A stretch of 64,000 nucleotides of DNA from Mobula hypostoma (lineage: Eukaryota). Each line of letters opens with the position of its first letter. Within the stretch, counting starts at the first letter, position 1. The notes beneath the pieces are model-generated. The model had not been told where the DNA came from and did no database searches. It was given only the letters and a program-made list of their open reading frames with translations. The stretch covers positions 245,584,001-245,648,000 of the forward strand of contig NC_086097.1 in assembly GCF_963921235.1 (NCBI RefSeq), given 5' to 3'. Shown here one piece after another: positions 49,868-61,310 of the stretch. The translations under genes and the position numbers were made by a program.

Positions 49868-52157
49868 AGTGGATAAAACTGGCATTTAAATAACATTGTC
49901 CTAGAAGAGGAGACATTGTTTGACATGGTAGGTTGGTGACATGATAGTACAGCAGTTATTGTAACACTCTACAGTTCCAGCTGTAAGATCAGGGATCAAT
50001 TCCTGCTGCTGCCTATAAGGAGTTTGTAGGTTCTCCCTGTGCCCGTGTGGGTTTCCTCCAGATGATCTTGTTTCCTCCCACATCCCAAAGATGTACATAG
50101 TTAGGGTTACTAGGTTGTGAGCTTGCTCTGTTGGTGTCAGAAGCATGGCATCACTCGCTCAGCACAATCCTTGCTAATTTGATTTGACACAAACGATGCA
50201 TTTCACTGTATGTTTTGATGTACATAGGATAATTAAAGCTTATCTTTCTCTTTCTTTTCCTCTTTCCCTCTCAATATTTAACTGATACCGTGTAGGTTGC
50301 TGTGCACAATGTAGGCAACTGCCCAGACTTGTAGAGTGATGTAGCCCCTATAGTATCATTTATAACACCAGTACAGGATGAATTGTCTGCTTCCGAGGAA
50401 GAAACAAATTGTGAGGGACCCATGGTCATTTTGATTTGTTTGGCTTTTAATTGAGAAGAATAAAACTTTCTAAAATAAGAAGTCAAAATGCAGCAGCTTC
50501 CTCCCACATTCCAAGAATGTATGGTTTAGGATTAGTGAGTTGTGGGCACGCTATGTTGCCGTGGCAATGCTTGCAGGCTGCCCCCAGCACAATCCTCAGA
50601 CTATGTTGGTCATTGACATAAAGGGCGCATTTCAGATTGAAACAGATCGGGTTTATCCGTCACATGTACTTTGAAACATCAAAATACACAGTGAAATGCA
50701 TTGTTTGCGAAAAATCAAATCAGTGATTCTTGTGCTGGGCAGGTAACATGCCCACAATTTACTAACTTTGTTAACTTTGGAATGTGGGAGGAAATTGGAG
50801 CACCCAGAGGAAATCTGCACAATCATGGTAAGAATGTACAAAGTTCTTACAGACAGCGGCAGGAATTGAACCCCAATCTTACAGCTGGTGTTGTAAAGTG
50901 ATGTGCTACCATGTTGCTCCCACCCACTGTCTGTTTAGATGTATCGATGTACATGCGACAAGTAAAACTAATCTTCAAAGTCTTTATATTTAAATGTAGA
51001 AAAATAAGAACTGATGTTGCAGTTTATGCAGTATGAGACATTTGGATGAAAAATCCTTTTTTTGTCAATGTTGCTGTAAATATAACTATAATGGAGCTCT
51101 GAACGGTAGCGGATAGCAGGACAGCTGCATGGCCTCGGTCATAGCGATGACCAGGCCTCAAGCCACAGTGTTGCCTGTTTACTACCGCCCACCAGAGTTG
51201 ATGCGCTCCACCAGAGATGGATGTGGCGAGGTGTGCAGGTTGGAGTCGGTGCTGCCCCCTGTGTTCACTCGGCAGAAGACAAGCCGTATTTGCTTGACTG
51301 CAGACTGCTGCAACATTCAGGGACCCCAGGGTCTTGGACTATAATTTTAGTGTGATTGTAATTTACTGATATATGCACTTGCTATCTTATATGTGCCTTG
51401 TGCTGTGCATGACTGTTGGTACTGTATTTTTCACCTTGGCCCTGGAGCAACACAGTTTCATTTGGCCATATTCATGGTATTCATGTATGATTGAATGAAA
51501 ATTTAACTTGAACCTGGACTTGAACTTAATTTTCTGACTCTGTTCTGCAGAAGGAGTGCACAATTTTCATTCCTTAGAATTTGGGGGAATGGTATTGTGT
51601 TGGCCATGTGCTAACCTTGAAATTCAGGGCCTGAGTGAATGGGATGAATGATGTAAACACAAGCTGAAATACCTTTATTTTTGATAAAAGTTTGAAGTAA
51701 GTTTATTATCAATGTTATACAACCTTGAGACTCGTCTCCTAACAGACAGACACAAAGCAAAGAAGCCCAAACGAACCCATTAAAAAGACCATCAAACACC
51801 CAATGTGCAGAGAGAAGCAAAAAACAAATCATGCAAACCATAAACACAAGCAAATGACATTCTCAACTGAAGTCCACAGAGAGTCTGTCCCTCACCCTTA
51901 GTTCAGCGCATAGCCAAGTAAACCTCGTGGAGCGGCGAGCGGCCCATCCCTTGCCTCATTTAATTAAATAAGTCTGGATTAATGCTGAGGATGAAACTAA
52001 AGACGGTTTTAAAAACCTTCCTGGTTTACTAATGTTTCTCAGGAAAGGAAATCTATGATCTTCCCCAGCCTGGTCTATGTATAAATTCAGACCCAGTGCA
52101 ATGAGGTTTAGTTTTAACTGCCCTTCAGAAGTGATCACAGAAGATACCCAATGTAAT

Positions 52158-52455
52158 ACTGTACTCACAACACGCTGGAGGAACTCAGCAGGTTGGGCAG
52201 CATCCGTGGAAAAGATCGGTCGATGTTTCGGGCTGGAACCCTTTGTCAGGACTGTAGAGGGAAGGGGCAGAGGCCCTATAAAGAAGGTGGGGGAGGGTGG
52301 GAAGGAGAAGGCTGGTAGGTTCCAGGTGAAAAACCAGTAAGGGGAAAGATAAAGGGGTGGGGGAGGGGAAGCAGGAAGGTGATAGGCAGGGAAGGTGAAG
52401 AAGGTATAGGGGAAAACACAATGGGTAGTTGAAGGAGGCGGAACCATGAGAGAGG
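52158..52455 (-). mobile_element. Penelope-like pLTR-derived repeat
   Basis: 13-bp TSD TACCCAATGTAAT at 52145-52157 and 52456-52468. Minus strand cagtc-CTGACAA-A-GGGTTCCAGCCC-GAAAC-ATC-gacc. Confidence 0.8.
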
Positions 52456-52487
52456 TACCCAATGTAATGCACTGCCACCACAAATTA

Positions 52488-54450
52488 TAGTTTGAGCACC
52501 CCTTGTCCGAAATTCCAAAATTTACAAGCCTCTGAAATCTGCAATTTTTTTGAGCACTGTCATGATGTCACAGATGGAAATTTCCACAAGTTGCTGGGAA
52601 GATTACCAGGCAATACACAGGTCTCTGTGCACCCCAGACAATTCTAAGAAGTGACCTCACGTATATAATGACCAGAAGTTAATGGAAAATAGAAAAACAC
52701 TGCATAAAGTGAAAAGTGAAGATCTTGATTGTGTACTGAAAGAGTGGATTCATCACTGTCGGAGTCAATATATGCCACTTAACAGTATGCTGATCGTGAA
52801 ACATCTCATGATGAACTGAAAATTGAAGGGAATTGTGAATATTCAGTAGGCTTGTTGCAGAAATTTTTAAAAAGGCACAGCATTAAATTTTTAAAGATTT
52901 GTGGTGATAAAGCATCTGCTGATCATGAAACAGAAGAGAAATTTATTGATGAGTTTGTCAAGATAGGCACTGATGAAAATCTAACCTGTTGAATGGCTGC
53001 ATCAGTGCATGTGTGATGAACAAGTGTAAGACAAATACTGCCTACTGGTAGCACAGTCAGAAATGATGATGATGCCAAACAGCCACTGACTGTCCACCTG
53101 GGCAGTGAGGTAGTGATAGCTTACTTTTAGAAACATAGGAAACCTACAGCACGATACAGGCCCTTCAGCCCACAAAGTTGTGCCGAACATGTCCCTACCT
53201 TAGAAATTACTAGGGTTACCCATAACCCTCTATTTTTCTAAGCTCCATGTACTTATCCACCACCATTGCTGGCAGCCCATTCCATGCACTCACCACTCTC
53301 TGAGTAAAAAACTTACCCTTGACATCTCCTCTGTACCTACTCCTCAGCACCTTAAACCTGTGCCCTCTTGTGGCAGCTATTTCAGCCCTGGGAAAAAGCC
53401 TCTGACTATCCACACGATCAATGCCTCTCATCATCTTATACACCTCTATCAGGTCACCTCTCACCCTCAGTCGCTCCAAGGAGAAAAGGCCGAGTTCACT
53501 CAACCTGTTTTCATAAGGCATGCTCCCCAATCCAAGCAACAACCTTGTAAATCTCCTGTGCACCCTTTCTATGGTTTCCACATCCTTCCTGTAGTGAGGT
53601 GACCAGAACTGAGCACAGTACTCCAAGTGGGGTCTGACCAGGGTCTTATGTAGCTGCGACATTACCTCTCAGCTCCTAAATTCAATTCCACGATTGATGA
53701 AGGCCTATACACCGTATGCCTTCTTAACCACAAACTGCACAGCAGCTTTGAGTGTCCTATGGACTTGGACCCCAAGATCCCTCTGATCCTCCACACTGCC
53801 AAAAGTCTTACCATTAATACTATATTCTGCCATCATATTTGACCTACCAAAATGAACCACTTCACACTTATCTGGGTTGAACTCCATCTGCCACTTCTCA
53901 GTCCAGTTTTGCATCCTATCGATGTCCCACTGCAACCTCTGACAGCCCTCCACACTATCCACAACACCCCCAACATTTGTGTCATCAGCACTCTTACTAA
54001 CCCATCTCTCCACTTCCTCATCCAGGTCATTTATAAAAATCACAAAGAGTAAGGGTCCCGGAACAGATCCCTGAGGCACACCACTGGTCACCGGCCTCCA
54101 TGCAGAAAATGACCCGTCTACAACCACTCTTTGCCTTCTGTGGGCAAGCCAGTTCTGGATCCACAAAGCAATGTCCACTTGGAGCCCGTGCCTCGTTACT
54201 TTCTCAATCAGCCTTGCATGGGGTATCTTATCAAATGCCTTGCTGAAATACATATACACTACATCTACTACTCTTCCTTCATCAATGTGTTTAGTCACAT
54301 CCTCAAAAAGCTTTTCTGTTGGTTCAATGAACATATTATTGTTTCATGCACAGAATTATTTAACAAATATTATATACAACTACCATTGTGGTATATATAT
54401 AAGATGTTTATGTAATGTAAATAGATTTTGTGTTCACACTTGGGTCAGAG
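52488..54450 (+). mobile_element. Tigger4/Zombi-like pogo transposon remnant split by a CR1 (52488-53127 and 54309-54450)
   Basis: ~52687-52987 encodes (with a frameshift) NRKTLHKVKSEDLDCVLKEWIHHCRSQYMPLNSMLI../HDELKIEGNCEYSVGLLQKFLKRHSIKFLKICGDKASADHETEEKFIDEF, a CENP-B-type HTH. 5' end gagcacccc..tccgaaattccaaaat and 3' block gtttcatgcacagaattattt...ttttgtgttcacacttgggtc. Confidence 0.75.
53128..54308 (-). mobile_element. CR1 LINE, 5'-truncated
   Basis: ORF 53705-54334 (FSKAFDKIPH, GVPQGSV, SADD) and ORF 53216-53662 (RPHLEYCAQFWSP...), with a tail tttcctatgtttcta. Confidence 0.95.
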
Positions 54451-55140
54451 CTGGAGACCTCTTCCTAGAAACGGGTTCCTTGTGGCAGTACAGGACTGGG
54501 TGGTTAACACAAAAATTATCAACAATACATAATAAAGGACCAACCACTTCAAAACAATAAAATGCAGAAAATGCCAAGAGAAGCCAGAAACAATCCAACA
54601 CATTACAGGATCCTGTAGCAGTTTAACACAATCTGATTACTTACACAGGCACAATCAAGTGGCAAATATCATTCACCAAAATCTTGTTTTAAAATACAAA
54701 CTCATAAAAGAAACCATATATTACTATAATTCTGATGCAGTTTTAGAGTCAGAGTCCCACAAGTTCCATAATAACCGTCTGGATATAATATTACAGGAGA
54801 AACAAGCAAGAACAACTTGGTTAGTAGATATAGATATTCCAAACACACGAAAATACAGGAATCAATAAGTGTAAAATGCTAGGAAAATGCTGAATTAAAA
54901 GAGGAAATTGAAAGACTATGGAATATGAGCAGGGTATACATTATTCCGATAGTTATATCTACAGCTGGTATCATCCAACAGTCACTACACAACAGCATTA
55001 AACAACTAGGCCTACACAACAATACTTTACGCAAACCTCCAGAAAATCACAGTACTAAACATTACTAGAATAGTCCGAAAGTCCCTACCAATTGAGAAAC
55101 AAACATGCTTGGCTATGCCTGTACCTCAGGTTTTACCATC
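54450..55140 (+). mobile_element. R4/Dong-clade non-LTR retrotransposon 3' fragment (CCHC knuckle plus restriction-like endonuclease)
   Basis: From 54563: CRKCQEKPETIQHITGSC...YLHRHNQVANIIHQNL, then NNRLDIIL...LVDIDIP and ELKEEIERLWNM..VYIIPIVISTAGII. Frameshifted. Confidence 0.8.
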
Positions 55141-55965
55141 TTTTAGAGTCATGATTTATGGAGTCCTTGAAAGTGAGTCCATAGGCTGTGGAATCAGTTC
55201 ATTGTTGAGGTGAGTGAAGTTATCCATGGTGGTTCAGGAGCTGGATGGTTGTAGGGTAATAACTGTTCCTGAACTTGGTGATGTTGGACCTAAGGCTCCT
55301 GTGTCTTCTGCTTGATGGTAGTTGCAGGAAAACAGCAAGGATGCTGAGAGTCCTTGGAGATGGATGCTGCGCTTTCCCGTGGCAGCGCTCCTCGGGAATG
55401 TGCTCAATGTTGAATTTCATGGTCTTGTGTTGAGGGTGGCATGGTAGCACAGTCTTGTGGGAAAGGCTTTCACTGCCTGAACTCTAGAACATGTAGAGAC
55501 TGTAGTCTCAGCATCAGAATTTAATCATCAGGGTAGAATTAAACAGAAACTCACTCGAAGTTTGCTAATTGTTTTATAATTCTTTGTAACAAAGACTGTC
55601 AAATACACTTGAGTATATTTAACATTGAAGTTGATAGATTTTTGAGGACTTGGAGCATCAATGCATATACAGAAGTGGAGTTGTAGAATTTTCAGCCCCA
55701 ATGGTATGTGCCTTGCCTCTTATTGCCTGCTGCATGCACTGCACTTTTTCTGTAACTGTAAATCTTTATTCTGCATTCTCTAGAAACTTTATTCTGCCCA
55801 AGGTTTCTCTTGTTATACCCGATGCACTGTGGTAATGAATTGACCTGCTAAACCAAGGTAATATTAGTGATAGACAGCAGTGTTTTGCCGTGAACTACTA
55901 GATATGCTTCTCAACGACCTCTCCTGCAAGAAAATGAACGTAGGGTACATGGCGAATGATACATA

Positions 55966-56490
55966 CCGTACTGTGCAAAAGTCTTATGCACAGACTGTAC
56001 AAATAGTTAGGAAGCCTAAGACTTTGCATGATAGCAATTTTATGTATTGCACTGTGCTACTGCTGCAAGAAAAACAAATGTCATGACAGATGTGAGTGAT
56101 GATAAACCCAATTCTGATGTGGGTCTCTGTTGTGGACTGAGAGTGGGAAGGGGGCAGGGAGAGGGGAATCATGGTTGGGAAAGGGGAAGGGAGAGGGGAG
56201 GGAGTGGGAAGCACCAGAGAGACATTCTGTAATGATCAATAAACCAACTGTTTGGAATCCAACCATGCTTGGAGTCTCAGGTCTGGGTGAATCTGCACCT
56301 CTGCTCCTGCTGCCCCCCACCCCTGGCACTCCTCTGCCACCTGTCCCACACGTCACCCGCAGTGCTCCACCCTCACCATTGCCAACATCCTTTGCTCCCT
56401 CCAAATTTACAAACTCGCTCACCGCTCCACATTGACAAATACAGTACTGTGCAAAAGTCCTAGGCACCCTAACTATATATACGTGTGCAA
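55966..56490. mobile_element. Tc1-like TIR remnants
   Basis: gtactgtgcaaaagtc(t/c)ta(t/g)gcac at ~55968 and ~56444, with an inverted partial gcctaagactttgca at ~56014. Confidence 0.4.
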
Positions 56491-57119
56491 TACTTTTGAC
56501 AATAAATTTACTTTGAACTTTGAACAGTATGCAAGACAAGTTTTTCACTGTACCTTGGTACATCTGACTATAATAAACAAATGTACCAATTTAGTCTTAT
56601 GCTTAATACAATACCTAAAGGGGCTGTACATCCTAATCCTCCTGCATCCATTCCTTATGTTCTTATCACCACTTATTGAATCAAGATTTTTTTCTAATTG
56701 GAAATTTTTCTTCTCATATACAAAAGCAATTCTTCATCCTCACATTTGATTCTCTACAAATACGGGTAGTTTCTGCAAAATGTGTGATTGCAACAGTTTC
56801 TTAACCCTTTTTATGAAAGCTTTTCTCTTAAAATATCAAGTTACCAGATTGATGGCATTAGGTTGCACTGAGAAGAAATCTCAGACTTACAAGCAGAATA
56901 GAAATGGCTTTCAGATAAACATCAGCTTGTTCATCATTCAATTAGATTCGGCTAACTCACACTTAAATCTGTTTACCTGTTTTTAATTCACATACCTTGA
57001 GACCTTGGCCCAATAAACTGTACCTTTTTAAAATTTATTATATTTTGCAATACAGAGCAGAATAGGCCCTTCTGACCCTTCGAGGCCACGCCAGCCCCCC
57101 ATCAACCCCTGACAAACAC

Positions 57120-57742
57120 GACAAAATATTCTACACTGCCATCACAGAGAGCATCCTCACATCAGCCATGACTGTCTGGTTTGGTGTAGCATCCTCTCAC
57201 AGTGTACAAAAACTACAGCGAACTGTCAGGTCAACAGAAAAGGTCATTGGCTGCAGTCTACCATCACTGCCCGACTTGTATGCGTGTCCAGGACAAAGAA
57301 GTGGGCAGGAAAAAATCATTGAGGACACTACATCTCCTGCGAACTGCCTTTTCCAAAAGCTCCCTTCTGGATAATGCTATAGGGCTACTAAAACAAAAAC
57401 TTCACTCCATCTTAAAATTGTTTCTCTCGGGCAGTTAATCTGATCAACCATTCTACTTAGTACCCCCTCTACCCCTATCTATTACCCCCATCACTGCACG
57501 ACATGCACTTTAAACCACTTTTTATAATGCTGCTTACATTGTATTACATGCTGGTGTTCATGCACATTATATTCCATATCTGTCCTTCTCTAACTTTATT
57601 ACCATTTTATACATAATCCTTTATTGTTATGATTGTTGAATGCTGTTTTTTCTTCCATATTACATCCTGACCAACGCACCACGGCAAATTCCTATTACAT
57701 GTGAATGTATGTGGTGAATAAAGTTGATCTTTGACCTTTGAG
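57120..57742 (+). mobile_element. Rex1/Babar LINE 3' end
   Basis: FYTAITESILTSAMTVWFG...KLQRTVRSTEKVIGCSLPSL...LFQKLPSG, a 3' UTR with aataaag and a ctttgac-type tail. Confidence 0.8.
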
Positions 57743-58423
57743 AATCGCTAACCTTGACTGCATTTTTCTTTGTTGAATATCTAGTCTATTTGATTGTCCG
57801 CTCATGAATACAGAGAAAAAGTAAATCCATCAGGAAACAAAATGAGGAATAGTTTTAAAAATAAGTTAGTTAAGGAACATCTGTACTGCTTAGTAGAGAT
57901 GGTCAGTATAGTTGAAGGATGTCTAGACGAAGTACCCTCATATTTTGAGACGGCACAGATTGAAAGGTGTGTTTTATATTATAGCTGGTGGCTTATATGT
58001 TGGAATTTCCTGTTTAAAACTTCATTTCCTCCTCTAAATCATTAAGAGACCAATAAAATCTCCACAGTTATTTGTATGTATTACAGGGCAGCCTGACTGT
58101 TGCGTAGAGGGATGCTAATTTAATTAGTTTCCAAAACTATGTGCTTGCCTAATTGAAATTAATGGTGCTAGTTAAAACAACAATTTGGCAGTGTTTTAAT
58201 TATTTTTATATTAACATATATTCACGCAGTGTTGCAGAAATCATTTGCTCAAACATTAATGCAGACATTAATTTGAGAATTTGTGATTTAAACCGAATTA
58301 ATATGGAAGAAAAATCCTTGTGTTTTGTAATGTTTTTAATAATGGTGGGAAATTGAATTAATTGCAATGTTTTGATTCAAGATTCAAGATTGTTAAATGT
58401 CATTTCCAGTGCAGAAGTGTAAA

Positions 58424-58796
58424 ACTTACTTACTGCCTGTTATGCCGCTGGCATTTAGGGCAGCGATGAAGGTCCTCCATCTCTGTCTGTCCTCGGTCAT
58501 CTCATCCCAGGTGGAGTCTCAGGAATACCACTGCACACAGATGTCGAAAACTTCTTCATTGGTCTTTCCTTTTGTTTTGTTTAACCAGTCAGGGTTGTTA
58601 GCCCTGAACTGAACCCCCAAACCTGGAGGACCAGTGGACCACTCTTAGTCTGGTCTCTACCCTTTGACCTGTTTGGCATGGGTGACCCTACCAAGAACCA
58701 AAGCATAAAGCCCTGGCTCCAGCCAACGTAGCTCTCCGGATCATTGAGGCATACAATCCTTCAAACCACGACAAGGTTGTGGTCCTCTTGTATGAC
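58424..58796 (-). mobile_element. Bipartite RTE-derived non-autonomous element
   Basis: Minus 5' part accttgtcgtggtt...ggtagggtcacccatgccaaacaggtc resembles the Rex3/Expander 5' UTR. 3' part gacagagatggaggaccttcatcgctgcccta and a (TAAG)n tail. TSD AAGTGTAAA at 58415-58423 and 58797-58805. Confidence 0.6.
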
Positions 58797-58969
58797 AAGT
58801 GTAAAGGAGAACAAGATAACTTACTCCAGATTCAATGCAACATATAAAAAAAGCACACTAAGATAAAGAATATAATAATGTAAAAAATAAATATAAATCC
58901 ATATACATAGATTGACTTTATGTCCATAAAGTGATGCTAGACATAGGAGTGTCTGTACATAAGGTGATT

Positions 58970-59368
58970 AACATAGAACCATAGAAACTACAGCACAGAA
59001 ACAGGCCTTTTGGCCCTTCTTAGTTGTGCCGAACCATTTTCTGCCTAGTCCCACTGACCTGCACACGGACCATATCCCTCCATACACCTCCCATCCATGT
59101 ATCTGTCCAATTTATTCTTAAATGTTAAAAAAGAACCTGCATTTACCACCTCGTCTGGCAGCTCATTCCATACTCCCACCACTCTCTGTGTGAAGAAGCC
59201 CCCCCTAATGTTCCCTTTAAACTTTCCCCCCCTCACCCTTAACCCATGTCCTCTGGTTTTTTTCTCCCCTTGCCTCAGAGGAAAAAGCCTGCTTGCATTC
59301 ACTCTATCTATACCCATTATAATTTTATATACCTCTATCAAATCTCCCCTCATTCTTCTACGCTCCAG
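58970..59368 (-). mobile_element. CR1 LINE 3' end (same subfamily as 44417-45797)
   Basis: ORF 59045-59476 LERRRMRGDLIEVYKIIMG...YGPCAGQWD is nearly identical to the C-terminus of ORF 44368-45732. Confidence 0.9.
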
Positions 59369-59369
59369 G

Positions 59370-59750
59370 ACATGAAATGATAAAGTAGTTGTGGAGGGGT
59401 GGGTTTGTGGGTGGAGGTGTTGATCAGCCTTACTGCTTTGGGTAAGTAACTGTTTTGAGTCTGGTGATCCTGGCATGGATGCTGCATAGCTTCCTCCCTA
59501 ATGGGAATGGAACAGACAGTCCGTGAGCAGGGTGTGTGGGATCTTCCATGATGTTACTGGCCCTTTTCCGACACCTTTCCATCCATATATGTCCTTGATG
59601 GTGGGCCAGTTAGTGCCGGTGATGCATTGGGCAGTTTTGACTACCTGTTGTCGAGCCTTCCTGTCCGCCCCGGTGCAGTTTCCGCACCATGCAGTGATGC
59701 AGCATGTTAGGACGCTCTCAACTGCGCATCTGTAGAAGGTTGTGAGTATT
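59370..59750 (-). mobile_element. Rex1/Babar LINE fragment
   Basis: Minus strand encodes TFYRCAVESVLTCCITAWCGNCTGADRKARQQVVKTAQCITG. Confidence 0.75.
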
Positions 59751-60097
59751 GTGGGTGAAATAGATTTATTTCCTATTTTATATTCAATGTAGAAACCATG
59801 AATATTAGCATGAATTTACTGTAATTGTAGGAATTTTGTACAGAGCCATTTACTCAACAATGTTTGAATGTAGCCAATAATTCCAGTAAAATATGTAGAC
59901 ACTTCTAAATATTACTTGAGAAATTCCAGATGACAAGGGCTCGGCCTGTGCTGTTTACTCGCTTGATTCCTGCTGAATATAACTTTCATAAAATGAAATA
60001 TTCTCCCTGTCAAAAGTACCTGAGGAGTGAAAAAGTGAGAAGTTTTTCCAGATTTCTGCACGAGGCTGCATTAAGCTGATTAGGTTTGGTAATGTGA

Positions 60098-60596
60098 TAC
60101 TTTATTAGGTCCAGGAGTGGAACCCAGTGTGGTCTTCTGCTGCTGTAGCCCATCTGCTTCAGGGTTCAATGTGTTCTGTATTCAGAGATACTCATCTACA
60201 TGCCACTGTTGTAACACGTGGTTATTTCAGTCATTTTTTGCCTTCCTGTCAGCTTGAACCAGTCAGGCTATTCTCCTCCGACTTCTCTCATTAATATGAC
60301 ACTTTGCCAACAGAACTGCTGCTCACTGTTTTTTGTTTTTCGCACCATTCTCTGTAAACTCTAGGAATTTTTGAGCGTAAAAATCCCAGGAGATCAGCAA
60401 GTTACCCCATCTGGCACCAACAATCATTCCATGGTCACAGACACTTAAGAATACATTTATTTCCTATTCTGATGTTTGGTCTGAACAACATCTGGTCCTC
60501 TTGCATGCTTTTATACATTGACTTGCTGCCACGTGATCGGCCGATTAAATATTTGCAGTAACCAGCAGGTGTACCTAATAAAGTGGCCACTGAGTC
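60098..60596 (-). mobile_element. Tc1-family non-autonomous element
   Basis: Reverse homolog of 22088-22888, ending aggtgtacctaataaagtggccactgagt. Confidence 0.75.
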
Positions 60597-61310
60597 TAGA
60601 GTTAATAGTGATGATTTGCTTTGGCCTGAGTTGACCTTTATGAAGTGACCTTTGACCTAAGTTGATCTTTATGAAGTGGTCAGAACTTTTAAGGATCCAC
60701 TCCTCTCAACGAAGGGCACTTGGATGGGAAAACTCTCAGAGCAGAGGTACTTTCCTTGGCTTCTGATTCAGAATCGGAATCAAGTTTGTTTGTTTATTTG
60801 TTGGTTTGTTTGTTTATTTATTTATTGACATAAAGCATGGAATAGGCTTTTCTGGCCCTTTGAGCCATGCCGCCTAGTAATCCACCCATTTAATCTGAGC
60901 CTAATCATGGGTCAATTTACAATGACCAATTAACCTACCAACCAGTACATCTTTAGGTTGTGGGAGGAGACCAGAGCACCTGGAGAAAATCCACACAATC
61001 ACAGGGTGGGGGGGGAATGTCAGACTCCTTACAGGCAGTGGTGGGTCTGGAGAGTCTTAATTGGGCAAGTGGCTACATATGAGACTGGTGCAAAAGTTAA
61101 TTGTCCATGGGATTGGTTGGGTTGGAAATTGGTTATAATATAGAAAGCAGGATATTTTTCAGATTGGAAGGATGCCACTAGGGGAGTACCCCATGGACTG
61201 ATTCTTGACTCTCAATTATTTACTATTTTTAATAATCTTAAGGAGGGAGATGATTGTAATCCAAATTTGCCAGTGACACCAATATAGTTTGGAAGAGTAT
61301 ACTGTGATTA

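Noticed and set aside
51956..52518. 175-aa proline-rich ORF and neighbours (also 23362-24046)
   Set aside because: Produced by the purine/pyrimidine-biased PLE UTR.
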